This document shows, one piece after another, positions 1 through 13,564 of a stretch of DNA of 64,000 nt. The notes under the pieces are model-generated. The model was given only the letters and a program-made list of their open reading frames with translations, did not search any database and had not been told where the DNA came from. The first letter of the stretch is position 1. Each line of letters opens with the position of its first letter. Both the position numbers and the translations under genes were made by a program. Origin of the DNA: Eledone cirrhosa (Eukaryota); contig OZ024743.1 in assembly GCA_964016885.1 (NCBI GenBank), positions 154,566,001 to 154,630,000 of the forward strand, in the 5' to 3' direction.

Positions 1-16
1 TATAATATTGCCAAAT

Positions 17-488
17 CAATGCAGGTATGGACATAGAATAAAGAATGCAAATGCAAAAGATATTGTTGACAATTAGTCTTTTAGCTTAGATTTATTTAAA
101 TGTCCTAAATTTTCGAGATAATATCTCTTCTTCCGAGGGAAGTAAAGCGGTTAAACCAGTGTTCTACATAGCTTGCCAAGTCATGCTGACAAGAAATGGT
201 ATAGAGTATCTGTTCTATCTCTAATATCAAACAATTAAGGTTAGGTGTTTCCCTTTAAGTAGTTTCCCTTAGAGTAGTTTCCCTTTAAAAGTTTTTTTTT
301 TTTTTTGTACCTGCCTGTTTAAGTGTGTGGAAGAATGCCTGAAGGTGTAAGTATGTGTGTGTGTGTGTGAGTGTTAGAAGATATGTCTATACGTAAATGT
401 AGACGATAGATGTTATCTCGTGTTAGAACTGGTCTTTGTGTGTGTGTGTGTGTGTGAGAGAGAATAAGTGGAGGTGTAAGCGTGTCTA

Positions 489-534
<46 letters not shown>

Positions 535-1310
535 CGTGTGTGTGCGCGCGTGTGTGGGAGGGGGTGCAAATATGGGGCTAGATGCTCTATCAAGTTATAA
601 ATTGGGTGTTGAGTTCTAGTCAATTCTTGATTGGTGGTTGTCTTTTGTCTATAATTAGTGCTTCCTTAATTCTAAGATTGCCGAGATCTCTATCCTTAGT
701 TTCTATCCTAACTGTTATGGTTGTGTCGGTGTTTTTGCATTTAACTAGGTGTTTCTTAAATGAGCAAGCGTTAGTATTGAGGTGTTCTTTTATTCTTATG
801 TGGAGTGGTCTGGTGGTGCTACCTACGTAGAAGTTGCTGCATTTGTCGCACTCAAGTCTGTATACGACGTAAGCCTGGTGGCATAGGTCTGTGTCGTTGA
901 TGGGGCAGTTGGTTAGCCTGAAGCGGTTGTCATGTCTGGTGGAGTGTCTTTTGGTTAGCTGGCCGCGTAGAGAAGGACCTGAGTGGGCTAGTTGGATATC
1001 TAGTCCCTCTCGTCTGATAGCACTGCGGATGGCTGTTGTTGTTTCGTCACTGAAGTGCGGGAGCTTCAGGAAGCAAGTGTTAGCGCCTCGGGTGTTGTGT
1101 CCTCTGTTCTTTCTGGCACGGTTTGTGGTGGATGTCGTGTATCCGTTCAGTTTGAGTACATCCAGGAAATGTGTGGTGTGTGTGTCTCGGTCTCTAGAGT
1201 CGGTGCATTTGTTCCGGATACGTGTTAGCTCGTTCCTTATGCTTCAGAACTTAGCGCCGACTGGGAGGGCCGATCTGAAATGTACGAACAGGTCACTGCT
1301 GGTGGCATTT
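17..1310 (-). mobile_element. 5'-truncated Penelope-like element (Penelope/Poseidon-type): end of RT thumb, GIY-YIG endonuclease and 3' terminal region
   Basis: Minus strand translates as CHQAYVVYRLECDKCSNFYVGSTTRPLHIRIKEHL...LRIKEALIIDKRQPPIKN, a GIY-YIG signature. Collinear reverse-complement match to 26066-27292. ORF 891..1355 is only its antisense frame. Confidence 0.85.
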
Positions 1311-2104
1311 CAGATCACAGCTTTCAGAAAAAGAAAATATAAATATATTAAATGAAAGGAGTCTGTTTGCTGACAATTGTGTCTACAAAAAAGTTCTACA
1401 GTGATGTGAAACAGCTATCACTCTCTTTTACATGAAATGCATTTCGGTTTCCTTTTAACTGCTAGAAAAGGGACATTACAACATCTCAAGAAGTCTATAT
1501 GTGAATACAGAAAACAACAATATAGCGAAGGTCAACTCTTCATATTGGTAAATGTAATTCATTCATTCATACCAGCACCATCTATTTTCAAATTCACTGC
1601 TTGAAGCTTCCCATCGACATTCTAAAGTGAAGACTCATGAACATTTTCCGTCAACGGTTTCGTCGCTTTTCCATCTCCGTTATCGTTTTTTTTTTAAATG
1701 TATCATGGATTATTTTTTTACTGATTACAGAAGTAAGTGTTAACACAGTCTTTGTTCAGTTTATGTCCATATTGTTAATTTATGTATCATCTCTATGTGC
1801 ATATATATTTGCGAATATCAATATGCACACTACATATGGTAGCAGAAAACCGCCCGTGAGCGGTTTTTCTGCTAATTATATCAATAAATGTTAACAAACC
1901 TTTGAAATATTCTCTAATTCTATCAAAATATTTGCCTCGTTAAAACATAAAATCTATTACAGAGTAGACAAGCTCATTCATTAATGATAAAAAGTATTTA
2001 GCTGTTGCCATGTTCTGAATATTGAAAATGTTTAACAGAGAACAATGCCGAAATAGCGTTTCATTTATGAGGGTTTATTCCAGCGTCAATGCAAATCTAG
2101 GTAC

Positions 2105-2866
2105 AGGACAAATTCCAGAGGTCCCTGGCCTGGCAGTGCTACCGAGGAGCTCTACCGGTTCGTGACAAGATCTACAGGCACGGACGCCCTGGCAGGGATC
2201 CTTCCAAGAGGACGTGTCCAAGATTGTGCGCAGGACATTGAAACAGTTCTGCACGCAATTGTACACTGCCCGGGCGTAAGCGACCTGTGGAACTATGCAG
2301 AACAACTGCTGTCGCGTATGGGACAAATACAGTTGACTGCCGAATCCATAGTAAGGATCAAACCGCCAGACTCTTTCAAAAACGAAAGAGAGGCGGTTTT
2401 CCTCTGTACGGTGGCTATGGTGAAAGAAGTTATATGGTGGACGAGGTTGAGAGGACTGAGGACAGATGCCTTTCTCTCCGGACAACAATTGATTCCATTC
2501 TTTAAGTATCACTTTAGAAGGAGAATCAGGGTGGAGAGAGAGGCACTGCACCCCAGTAAATTTACTGAAAGGTGGGTGAATGAAGCGAAAATGGCCCGAG
2601 TGATTGGGCCTTCTCTGTTTATAAGCCTGTAGGTTGAGGAAGAGAGCAAAAGGAAGAAAGGAGCACTTGCACAACACGCTCCTTGAGTTGAGGGTTGTTC
2701 TATCGACGGGGTATTAAACAACCCATTTGTGGCGCCTCCCCCCTATTGGGGATTTCGATTGTTGAAATTGTTTGTTTTTATATTTTTTACACGACTGTAT
2801 GTAAAATCCCCGGCATGTCTTTGTATTGTCCCCTTTCTTGTTGCGCCCTTGTGGCTAATAAAGAAA
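2105..2866 (+). mobile_element. 3' fragment of Tx1/L1-like LINE (C-terminal zinc-binding region, 3' UTR, AATAAA)
   Basis: ORF 2162..2632 has CAQDIETVLHAIVHC. Sequence matches the reverse complement of 44487-45245 and ends at ctaataaagaaa. Confidence 0.8.
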
Positions 2867-3518
2867 TCAATATTACACGAGGGAAGACGCTATCGTTAGA
2901 AGGAAATGGAAATCATTCATAACGAGTGACAATTAAAGAAGTGGTGGGAAATGTTGCCTTTTTAGATCATTGCTGTTTTTTCATTATTTGTTGTTGACAT
3001 GTTAATAATACAATTTATAGTCTGAATCTTCTATACATATTTTAAAACCTTTGCACTGTTTTGGTAATGTTGATATCCGGAATGTCTTCATATGTTACAC
3101 CGATATAGCATTCTTTTTAAACGACGTGTAGATATACGATGTTTTGTGATACACGGCCTGGTTTTATAATACACGCTTTGTTATTTATTGCTATGTTTAA
3201 TTGCTATATTCAAATATTACAGCACGCTTTTGTTTATTTAATAGGCAGTAAATATATGATATTATGAATATTATGCACGTAGTTTAGATTCAAGATATTT
3301 GTGTATATTGTCTTATATTTCCACAATGTAAGACAATACAAATCATGATACCAAATTAGATATCAAATAAGTGCACACGGAATACCAGTTTTATTTTCAT
3401 TACAACTTCAAAATTCTCCATATATTTGAGAAGAAGAAAAGCTATTATGTGATCCCTTGAACAGCTTGAAGTTTTAGCAAGAATTCTTTCGAATAACACA
3501 CAGCCTCATTATTTAAAA

Positions 3519-3710
3519 GGGCAGTGGTATGGCAGTATGGGTAGAGTGTCGGACGCCATGCTTTGTAGCATAGTGTTACGGGCCTTTATGATCTGAGTTC
3601 AAATCCCGCCGTGGTTAACTTTGTCTTTCATCCTTACGGGGTCGATAAAATAAAGTACCAGTAATACACTGTGATAATTGCAGTCCTTGTGCCAAAAGTA
3701 GAAACAATTA
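3519..3710 (+). mobile_element. tRNA-derived SINE (octopus-like family A)
   Basis: Head with A-box-like tggcagtatggg and B-box gttcaaatcc. Body tttcatccttacggggtcgataaaataaagtaccagt recurs at 11.4, 20.4, 42.4 and 52.9 kb. Confidence 0.8.
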
Positions 3711-4121
3711 TTTAAAAGGACAGTAGATGTACGGTAATGCAATTAAATTAAGGTACGAAATAGCGGAGTGATGAAAGTGTGATTGTATCCCTGAAATGTA
3801 TGCGTTTATATGTGGTTAAAAAGAAAGGAAACAAATATAAACACCTTATAATGCTCTAAGAGTAGCTCTTAAATATGGTATACGTTAATTAAAATTAAAT
3901 TATCCATACATTCTTTTTCGAGAGATTAAGCACACTGATAATTCAGGTTGCCTATATTGCCCTCCCATTTAGTATCATGTTTCTACATATATGCATATGT
4001 TTGCCGCTAAAATCATATATTGTAAAGGAAATGACTGTGATTTTTCGGCCTTTCCGAGGTAGGTAGGAATCAAAGTGGTTATATAAAGTAATAATTGCTC
4101 CAATTCTAATCCAAAGCATTA

Positions 4122-4183
<62 letters not shown>

Positions 4184-6006
4184 TTAAAGAAGCTTCAAAT
4201 ACATTATATGTAGAACATAAATGAAAAGAACAATGTTATGCAAACGTAAACAAAAAGTAAATTGAAAGGTATTGATTAAAGATAAATGGAAATAATAACA
4301 TAATATACAATATCAAAAACAAAACAATTTCTAACTTTTAAAAGATAAACGCCTTGATATTCTCATTTAGACAGTGTTTGTTTTGATGTAGTTTATAATG
4401 AAGACTGGAAAAAGTATGTTTCTTCTTTTCTCCTGGAAACATCAACAACAATAAATCGACGGCAACAAAAAAAAAACACAGTAATGCTACCAATAACAAT
4501 ATGATGCAATTATAATACACAAGTGGCTGTGAGGAGAAGTGTACTTTGTTTCTAAAGTTGTAGCTGATATTATATGTAGTTGATTGTATAATTGTAGAAT
4601 TTTAACGAATGTATGGCACAATTATTAAGAATGTCAAGAATAGATTGAAACTACACAGGAAATTCAAATTGTTGACAGTTTTCTTTCATTTGTGCTTTGC
4701 GTAAATGCAAAAAAAAATATAGTATTCATATACAAATAGTAATCTAAAGAAATGTGTGCAGAATGAAAATTAAACATAAAATTAATAAGGTTCCAAAGAT
4801 TGTGTTGCGAATTTCTTTGTATAATTGTAATCAATTAAATTATAATGATGTTTGTTGATTTTACACTTTGTTGCTTTATCATTCGTTCATTAATGCGCTA
4901 CATTATTTTGTTTTTCAATGTGACTGGTCTTTATTTCATTATTATTGTTGTTTTTCATTGATTTAATCGCCTTGTTTATTTTGTCTGGATATAGTAATAA
5001 CACATTATTTCGTCTGTGTGTTTAGTCGAGATAGGGAAATCAGAATAAAATGTACGAATGTGTTAGCTGGAATAGCAAAATTACAAGGTAGGAGTTGGTG
5101 GAAGTGGGGACAATTCAGAGATTCCGATTCATAAAAAAGATAAGGTTAGTGAGATTGAAAGATAATGGATGAGAGACTGATAGACTTAGACGATGACCAG
5201 GTCAGGGACACAGAAGGAAATACAGAAATAAAATAAAAACAAACAATAATAATGACAACAACATATAGCTACACAGACACATTTAATCTAGTGGTGCATT
5301 TTTTGCATCAACATATCGATCTATTGATAATGCTACATAGCTGATACAATGGTATTTGTAAAGATTTGATACACAGTCATTCTTTTGAAGGTAGTTCATC
5401 CTCCTCCGACAGTTAACCATCAATCTCCCTTTCCGTCTCTTATCTACTTTTATCTTCTCTTCTTCTTCACCATCATTACATTTACCAAGTATTCTACTAC
5501 TGTTATACTATTTGTTGGAAACGGGGCATTTCAGTTTTCATTATTTTTTTCCAGAGACAAAGCCAGACTTTTGGCTCCACAGAGATTTAAATGATTCTAA
5601 TAACAGCTTGTGTTTGGTTATAAATAATACGAGCTAATTGAGGATTCATTGGAAGAATACACACACACTAAATAACACACATATACATAAGTACTAACAT
5701 AAATATATGCATTCATACTTACATACACGCATACATACATACATACATACATACATACATACATACATACATACATACATACATACATACATACGTATAT
5801 ACATGCGTACAAACTTGTATTCTGACACGCACATGAACATATAAATTTATGTATGTATCTAAGTATTTAAGCGTGCATATGGGTGGGTGCTTTGGTGTTT
5901 GTGCGTGTGTGAGTAGTTAATCGTATGCACATAGTTCATTGCTACAACGACCCATGTATAAATGTATATATATATCTCTCTCTATCTATCTATCTATCTG
6001 CCTATC

Positions 6007-6076
<70 letters not shown>

Positions 6077-6096
6077 TATATGAATGATCGAACGAT

Positions 6097-6232
6097 ATTC
6101 AATATCCATTGTTTCTCAGAATTACATAATTTGCAGGCCTTGAGCACATTCATATATGATCGAGAATTCTCTAGTATCTTCCATTTGATGGAGAAGTCAG
6201 TTATGTAATGATGAGAAATGTGGAGATTGAAT
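6097..6232. repeat. Small MITE-like imperfect inverted repeat (about 35-bp arms)
   Basis: attcaatatccattgtttctcagaattacataa pairs with ttatgtaatgatgagaaatgtggagattgaat. Sits next to a (TA)n tract. Confidence 0.5.
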
Positions 6233-6619
6233 AAGCCGAACAACAATAATAAACCACTTTATACGCGTACTGTGGTTTTCTAGATGTGTTCTCATATTTC
6301 TAAGTACCTTTTAAGGGAACCGTAACCTATCGAGTTTTTCTAACCCCCTCATAATTAAAAATTATCAATTATTTTAGCTTTTGTTTACGATTTTTGAAGT
6401 GAAATTGTTTTCCCTAATAAATTAATCAAATGGTTCAAGAACAACTGTGTAGAGACAGAACTAAGCTAGACGAGAGGAAGAATTTACCAATACTCTCTGG
6501 TTTGTGAGGCAACTACTGAATTATTACGTATCTAAGAATATACATCTGCATCGGAATTTGTGAATCTGGTAGATTAATTCTTTGACAGTGTCCATCGCTC
6601 TATAATATGAGGGATACTA

Positions 6620-7280
6620 ATGAAGCAATGTGTAGATGAACTACTTATAAGGGCTGTTGCAATCATGTACTAGGTGAGTTCATTGATAAATCCATGGATT
6701 TGAAGGGCAGGTGAATGTTCACTGGGGCTGTCTTGAGCCTCGTCTTGCTGGTTATTATTTTTCAGGTCATATCAGAGTTTACAACAAGTACTCCATCACC
6801 AATCGTGTACGCTGATGACTTATTCCGAATTGCTGAATCTGAGGAATCTTTAGTGGAAAAATTCCACACGAGGTAAGAAAATCCACAATCGAAAGAACAA
6901 AAGAAAAAATATAATGTAGTCTAATATAAGTAAGAACATTCACAGGAAGCTGATATCTTCAAGGAAATCGCCCTGCTCAGGGCATGCAGAAACTCAAGAT
7001 ATTTAGTGTTATTACAGGCTGGTTAACTGAGAAAAGCGTCTCAGTATGCGGTAAAGAAATAAGCACTTAGTGTACACATGAAAATATTCCTCCAACTCGG
7101 CGATTGTGTAAATACATAGATATAATTGAATGCCTTTGTTACAGAGCTGCGGGAGGAAGCTCAGAAAGTGTAATGACCCGATTAAATTGGCTGGAAGGAG
7201 ATTAAGAAGCTACATTTTGAGATGACAACAACAATGCAACAAACAATTTGAGTGCAGAAGGACTGTGACGCCTGGAAGAG
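6620..7280 (+). mobile_element. Highly degenerate RTE-like LINE RT remnant
   Basis: Frame at about 6808-6870 reads YADDLFRIAESEESLVEKFH (RT YADD motif in RTE-like context). Many stops and frameshifts; boundaries approximate. Confidence 0.5.
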
Positions 7281-7619
7281 ATTAAATCGATCATTAATGT
7301 CAGTGTGCGTTTGGGTATTTCATATGCATAAGGAATATTCTTTTTTATTGGAATCACCTTATGTCGATTATGTCCCGAATCTATATCATATAATTGCTAC
7401 ACAGACGCAAATCCGAGAAGATGCCTATATAATATGAATATATACAGTTTGAAGATTTTGAATGCTATGGCCCAACCTATACACCACAAAAATGCCAAAA
7501 ATAATGAGTGATGTGGCATGATAAAAAATACCCAGGTTACTATGGAACCAGAAATCTATCGAGCCCGTAAGTGGGAGCGCCTATTCTATTTCGCCCTACT
7601 CACTCTCGGCCTCTCCTAC

Positions 7620-9830
7620 TTTGGCGCTGACCGAGCGGTTTGTTGACAGCAGCATTTGTCAAGCCTAGAGTTCCCCGTAAACGCCAAACTAATCGAGGGT
7701 GATGTCTCGGCCGCAGTCAAATTGGTCGCCTCGGAGGATATCGTCCTCTACCCTACCGACGAGGTTCTAGCGCCCCTTCGGCTTTAGTATACTGAGCCGC
7801 CCACAAACCTCAGACATATACCCTCACCTCCTCTTTGAGGTATCAGACGCAGATATAATGTCTGCCACTAAGTGCTTCCCGGAGGTTGTCATAGTCTCCG
7901 ACCTGGCCACGTTAAAGAGATGCTATGCCTCCTATCAGCCGAAGCCAGATGCTGCCTTTTGAGTGGAACTCATCAACATGCTCACCCATGACCTGTATCT
8001 TACGTCGAAGCCTCACCATTTTGACGAGCCTGACCATACTCAAGAATACAGAGAGTAGCATAGGCTCCATCGCTCTGAGCAATGTCTTCCGGAGGCTGGA
8101 GGCCAAGATGGTCTGCATGTTCATCACACTTGGACTGGTGAGGAGCTCAGCCTGTTGCAACTAAGGGTCGGCGTATCATTGAGTGTGAGGAATCCGCACA
8201 TACAGCTAGGCAGATCTTCAACAACTGTCCACCGGAAGGAGCATCGAAAGATGCTAGGCAGCTCATTGTCAAGCTTGACATGAGAAATGCCTTCAACTGC
8301 CATCTGCTTGCGACTTCCATTATCCGAGCATCCTCTGCCTATCCACTGTCCTACCTGTCATATGGGACCCTGCGAGCTTCTTGGTGTTGACACGGTCAAA
8401 TCGTCAGCCTCTGAGATTCAACAGAGAGATCCTTTGAGCCCCTCCTCGTCTTTGATCTCGATATAGACCATATTGCTTGGAATATCACAGTCTCTTTCAA
8501 CTTTTGGTCCCTGGAGGATGCCAAGTTGAGTGGGCCCATGGAGACTTCTGTCATGACCTGCAATTCCTGGTTCCTGCTCTGGCGTAATTCGGCTTCGATG
8601 TCAACTCGGCCAGGTTGGAGGTAGTAAATGTCAACCACGGCGCAGAACGATTTTCAGCCTCTGTCTCGGATTTGGGATCCATATTCCACCAGATCTAAGA
8701 TACTCCGTCGCTCACCCACTCCACCAACAGGTCCAAGCTCCAGCAGCTCATGTCCCTCACGAGCAGACAGGGCATGATTGACGCCCATCCAGTCCTCATC
8801 CTGTTGAGCATTTGCTTCACCATGCCGAAACTCCTCTACACACAATGTAGAACTCCTTGCTACAGCTACAAATCTCTCCTCGCTGACATCGATACTAGTA
8901 TCTAAGTGACAGCTGAGGAGATATACATCGCCAGGTTTGATAAATTAGGATGGCAACAGGCCACCTTACCTGTTAGAAATAGTGGCCCTGGTCATCGATT
9001 ACTGGTATTTCGTTTGAAATACTTTCCGCATCCTCATCAACAGGGTTCTCCACAACACAATGTACCTCACTATGCCCCGAGGAGCGTGTAGTCTTCGGCG
9101 AGACTTGGTACCGGCTCGGACTACGTCCAGTACATATGCCCCCCTCTTCCGTTTGTAGATGTCAAATCTCCCAGAACATAAGGAATGCCATCCAGTACGA
9201 CATGGCCGGGGACAGGTTAGCGCGCCCGCTCGACCAACACCGCATGTTTTCGCTCGGCCTCGCAACCATACCGCGTTGCCTGGCACGATGCCTTACCCTC
9301 CTTTTCGATTGGCACGCAGCTGGATAATGATATCCTGCGAATCGAGGTTTCCCTCAGACTCGTCTTTTGGAATCACACAATTGTCGCTGCAGATCCACCG
9401 CAGAATTGTTCGGCCTGCATCTGCTGTCCTGTCACTACAGTCCTGGCCGCTTTCCACGCCATGCTTCTCTCAACGAGGTAATAAAGAATGACTGGATGGT
9501 CCAGGCTTCCGCACCCACTCCAACCCACGACAAGTTTGCAGTCGAGCCCGTAGCAGTGGAGACTTCTGGTGTCCTTAGCCCTAGGACCAGCTACCTACGC
9601 ATCACCACCTGCACAAAGTTGCAAACACACAGGTTTGAAACACGCGAGCTAAAATGGCTCTTCCAGTGCGTTTCTGTTACCATCCTCCAGGAAAGCGGCT
9701 TATGTATACTGTCCGCCAAGAGCACAAGGCGGCCAGCCTGTGGGCCGCCATAATGAGAAATGTGGAGAGAGGGAGAGATGGAGGCAGGGATAGTGGGGGT
9801 TTGTTCCTTTGTGTTCGGACGTGGTGTATA
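7620..9830 (+). mobile_element. Degenerate CRE-like non-LTR retrotransposon (RT + restriction-like endonuclease)
   Basis: Broken frames give KLIEGDVSAAVKLVASED, QLRVGVS, VKLDMRNAFN and FAVEPVAVETSGVL...WLFQCVSV. GC-richer than flanks and followed by a (CA)n/(TA)n tail. Confidence 0.75.
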
Positions 9831-10149
9831 TTATATATATATATTTTACCGCACCTACGTAACACACACCCACACACACACACACATACGCACACACATA
9901 CACACACACATACACACACACACACATACACATATACATATATATATATATATATATATACAGATATTAACCAGCATATTAAATTGTCGATATTTTCTGA
10001 ACGTTATAGTTTCTGTAAGCTGGGATGTGAGAGATACCCCCCTGGCTAAAATTCTGGGTATGGTAGGTAGACGAAAGAATTAAATTACCAACCCAACTGG
10101 GTCAGTCGTACGAGTGATAATGTAATATTGCCTAATTTTAATGAGACGC

Positions 10150-11170
10150 ATCTTAGCTTTTCTGAGGCAGGGTCTTGCACAGACTCTGTATTTTAGCGCC
10201 ATAAGAAGACCTTCGATGTGTGGTAAAATAACAGCAAACCTTTCCTGACATCCGTTTTACTTTCTCGTATGCAATTGGAGATGCTTCAAAAGAAACTTTC
10301 CCCTCATGTTCAGTCTTTCTCCGTTTATTACGATCACCAGCTTCGCTTTCCCATAAGGTCGGTGCTGGAATATCCCCTGCTTTATTCCATTTTTCATTGA
10401 GATGGGCTCCGACATGTTACCTCTGTTATTAAAGCCAAGCCTTCATGTCATCATGGAAAGAACTAACCAAAGGAAACAACTTATCAGCGAAACGACATAT
10501 CTGGAGAACCTTCCACAATGCATTTTTATTAACACTTTCAAATGCTTTTGTTAGATCGACAAAAACCTGATACAGATCCAAACCTTGTTCCATACACTTC
10601 TCCTGAACCTGTCTATTTGAATATCATACCAGGACTACCATTACTGCAACCCTTCCGTCATCAGGTGCGGATTCACTAGCCCATATCCTGCCAAAGAAAG
10701 AGTGAAGATGTCGCAAAAGTTTCCCAACACTATATTGTAAGAGCTCTGCATGTATGCCATCCATAGCTGGAGTCCTTCTACTGTTCAACTTCGAGACAGC
10801 TACTGCAAGCTCCTCTAACGTCGGTGGTACTGTGAGAGCTACTTTCACAGGATTAGATTGAGGAAATCTTCATTGACGACAGATAGCTGATTCAAAAGTT
10901 CATGAAAGTGCTCTCGCCATCTTTGCAGAAATCTCCTGTGTGTCACGAAGAATTTCCCTGCTATCTCTGCTGCGAAGCGGTGTTACCAGAAAAGAAGACG
11001 GTGCATAAACTGTACAACAGCTTTGTGTTATTAGAATCTGATACAACTTGTGTCTCATCAGCCTTCCCACTCCACCACTTGTACTTCATTTGAAAGACAT
11101 CCCACTTCACACGTGATTTCACATCCTTGAGTTCCTTATACAATATATTCTTCTCTTGTGGCTTTGTCGC
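10150..11170 (-). mobile_element. RTE-like LINE RT fragment
   Basis: PPTLEELAVAVSKLNSRRTPAMDGIHAELLQY (ORF 10624..10848), then QVQEKCMEQGLDLYQVFVDLTKAFESVN. Confidence 0.75.
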
Positions 11171-11340
11171 TAAGTAGCGTAACTTTTACATTTTAAACAT
11201 TTAAATAATTTAATTACATACATACATATTTACATACAAACACACACACACATACACACACACATACACCCACACATACACCCACACACACACAAACACA
11301 CATACACACACACACACATATATATATATATGTATATATA

Positions 11341-11522
11341 ATTGTTTTTACTTTAGGCACAAGGCCAGCAATTATCCAGTGCATTACTGGTACTTTATTT
11401 TGTCGACCCCGTAAGGATGAAAGGCAAAGTCAACCTCGGAGGGATTTGAACTCAGATCGTAAAGGGACGTAACTATGCTGGAAAGCATGGCGTCCGACCC
11501 TCTACCGAAACTGCCAATCCAG
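11341..11522 (-). mobile_element. tRNA-derived SINE, family A
   Basis: Reverse complement of the 3519-3710 family (tggtactttattttgtcgaccccgtaaggatgaaaggc...gatttgaactc). Confidence 0.8.
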
Positions 11523-11790
11523 GTAGTCATCGGATATGACCGGATTATCTTGATCCCTTTCCCACACACTCGGTGTTTTAATTGATGTAGTATCCTTAAT
11601 ATACCAACCACCCAACAAATCAGAGGGCACACTAATACCTTAAACAGTGAGAAGAACCATTTTGTGTTGGTAGAGCTTTAGATTCCCTCTTCACAGACTA
11701 ATTAATAAGTTTGCACTATTCTATCTGCTGGTGATTGTCCATATGTTCGTCTGGCGTTCACAGAAAATTAGGTAATGCTATCTATCAAGC

Positions 11791-11830
11791 CTTACGTGAT
11801 TTCGGCTATGAGTAGCTTCATCAGCAATGA
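11791..11830 (-). ncRNA. Degenerate hammerhead ribozyme core
   Basis: Minus strand: CTGATGA agcta-ctca-tagcc GAAA tcacg TA. Both conserved boxes and stem II are present; stem I pairing is lost. Confidence 0.45.
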
Positions 11831-12175
11831 AATTTAGTCTCTTCGGAACAAGTTGGTATTTGGTTGCCTTGGTATGAGGTCGCCATTACAGTAGTAATCG
11901 TCACTCTCGTGTGACAGTAATGTGAAGGTATCAGGCAATCACACCACGCTGCAATACTTAGAACCGGTAAGTCCTCTTCAAAATGTATTTTATTGTCTTA
12001 AAATGTATCCGTGGTTGGCTTTGTATAAATGGTTCGGTCTATTCCAAGATTAGTTTAAAGTTTATCATATTATTATTTGTGGTATATAAATGTTGAGATT
12101 TGATGAAATAAATTACTGGCAATACTGGAATTCAAATATCAAGACCGTAGCGGCATGTCATATATCAATCATATA

Positions 12176-12238
12176 TTTTCTCTGACGAGGACGTACTGAA
12201 AAATCAAGACAGTACATTCGAAATATATATAATAAAGC
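12176..12238 (+). ncRNA. Hammerhead ribozyme-like motif (type I)
   Basis: CTGACGA (12182) ggacgtactg...cagtacattc GAAA (12220) tatata TA. Good stem II and palindromic stem III; stem I poor. Confidence 0.55.
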
Positions 12239-12382
12239 ATATATTTTCATTATTTGAATATCTTCATTTGTTAATATTTTGAATAATATTAAAAACTCCA
12301 GGATAACTTTTTTGTTGAGTGCTTTTAATCTATTGTAAAACTATATTCATTGAGTAATCAATGAACCATATTAATTTTTGGT

Positions 12383-12414
<32 letters not shown>

Positions 12415-12483
12415 CATATAAACACATATATACACATATATGCACACATACGCTCATATATAAATAATAACACATACGCACAG

Positions 12484-12533
<50 letters not shown>

Positions 12534-12540
<7 letters not shown>

Positions 12541-12814
12541 GGAATCGAAAATGCAACTGGAGTCTTATTTTTAAAAGAATATATATATTTACTTGGTTCT
12601 TTTACCGGTTTCGCAGTTCTTCTGCTTTTCAAATGTAGATTTGAGATGGAGGGTCTGTGGTTTTTCTCACATCTGATGTGAGAAAAACCACAGACCCTCC
12701 ATCTCAAATCTACATTTGAAAAGCAGAAGAACTGCGAAACCGGTAAAAGAACCAAGTAAATATATATATTCTTTTAAAAATAAGACTCCAGTTGCATTTT
12801 CGATTTCATCTTTT
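12534..12814. repeat. Near-perfect 281-bp palindrome (140-bp arms, 1-nt loop at 12674) made of a PLE-type 3' end, with a minimal HHR motif in each arm
   Basis: Centre ...tttttctcacatc-t-gatgtgagaaaaa...; one mismatch seen. Right arm has TTGAAAA gcag-aagaa-ctgc GAAA ccgg TA (12716-12745). Confidence 0.9.
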
Positions 12815-12900
12815 TATTCTTTATACTTTCACTCGTGTAGGACACCTCGGTTATTTTTCATTTTGTTAAAAGAAACCTCACTTTCTAATATATATATATA

Positions 12901-12930
12901 CTAGCAGATTTACCCGGCGTTGCCCGGGGT
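12901..12930 (-). mobile_element. Helitron-like 3' terminus
   Basis: Minus strand: CCCGG-gcaacg-CCGGG hairpin, 8 nt, then CTAG followed by T, the canonical Helitron 3' end. 5' extent not determined. Confidence 0.6.
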
Positions 12931-13331
12931 TTGAAATTATGCTAAGAATATACACCTAGGAAGTAAAAGAAGAAAATTATTTGTCCACAACCTGTCAAAA
13001 TAAGCAGAAGTCTTCAATAAATAATGCTAACGAATATTTAGTGCAATCTTTGTACACATAAAACAATGCTGATAATGACGGAAAACACTGAACAGGATGT
13101 ATCTATACAAATGATTAAAGACAATACACGTTGCAAATCTGTAAAAAAAACAGGTAATTTTGCTAAAGTACAAACGGTTGTAATGAACGCAGAGTTGTAT
13201 ACAAACCCAAAACCAATGAGAGTAGAATAAGAGAAAATCTATTTTTTGAGAGCATCCTTTGCTGTGTTGAACAAATAGGGCAACGATGGTTGCCGAACAC
13301 TATACGGCTAATGATTCGGGCTATTTGTTTA

Positions 13332-13386
<55 letters not shown>

Positions 13387-13433
13387 GTAAGTATGTATAT
13401 GTACATACATATATGTATACATACGTACAGCAG

Positions 13434-13477
<44 letters not shown>

Positions 13478-13564
13478 CATGCACAAATACATATATATAT
13501 ATATATGTACGTAGGGGTTTACCGAGCATTTATTATAATGCTCGGTTTGTTTCTAAACAAAGAG

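Noticed and set aside
95-150. HHR-like motif in the Poseidon-type 3' end (also about 27160-27200)
   Set aside because: The core is mutated in both copies (CGGAAGA / CCGAAGA; GAAA lost in one) and stem I is unconvincing. Probably ancestral but not supportable as a feature.
891-1355. ORF 891..1355 (+) and its homolog 26062..26349 (-)
   Set aside because: Antisense frames of the PLE coding strand.
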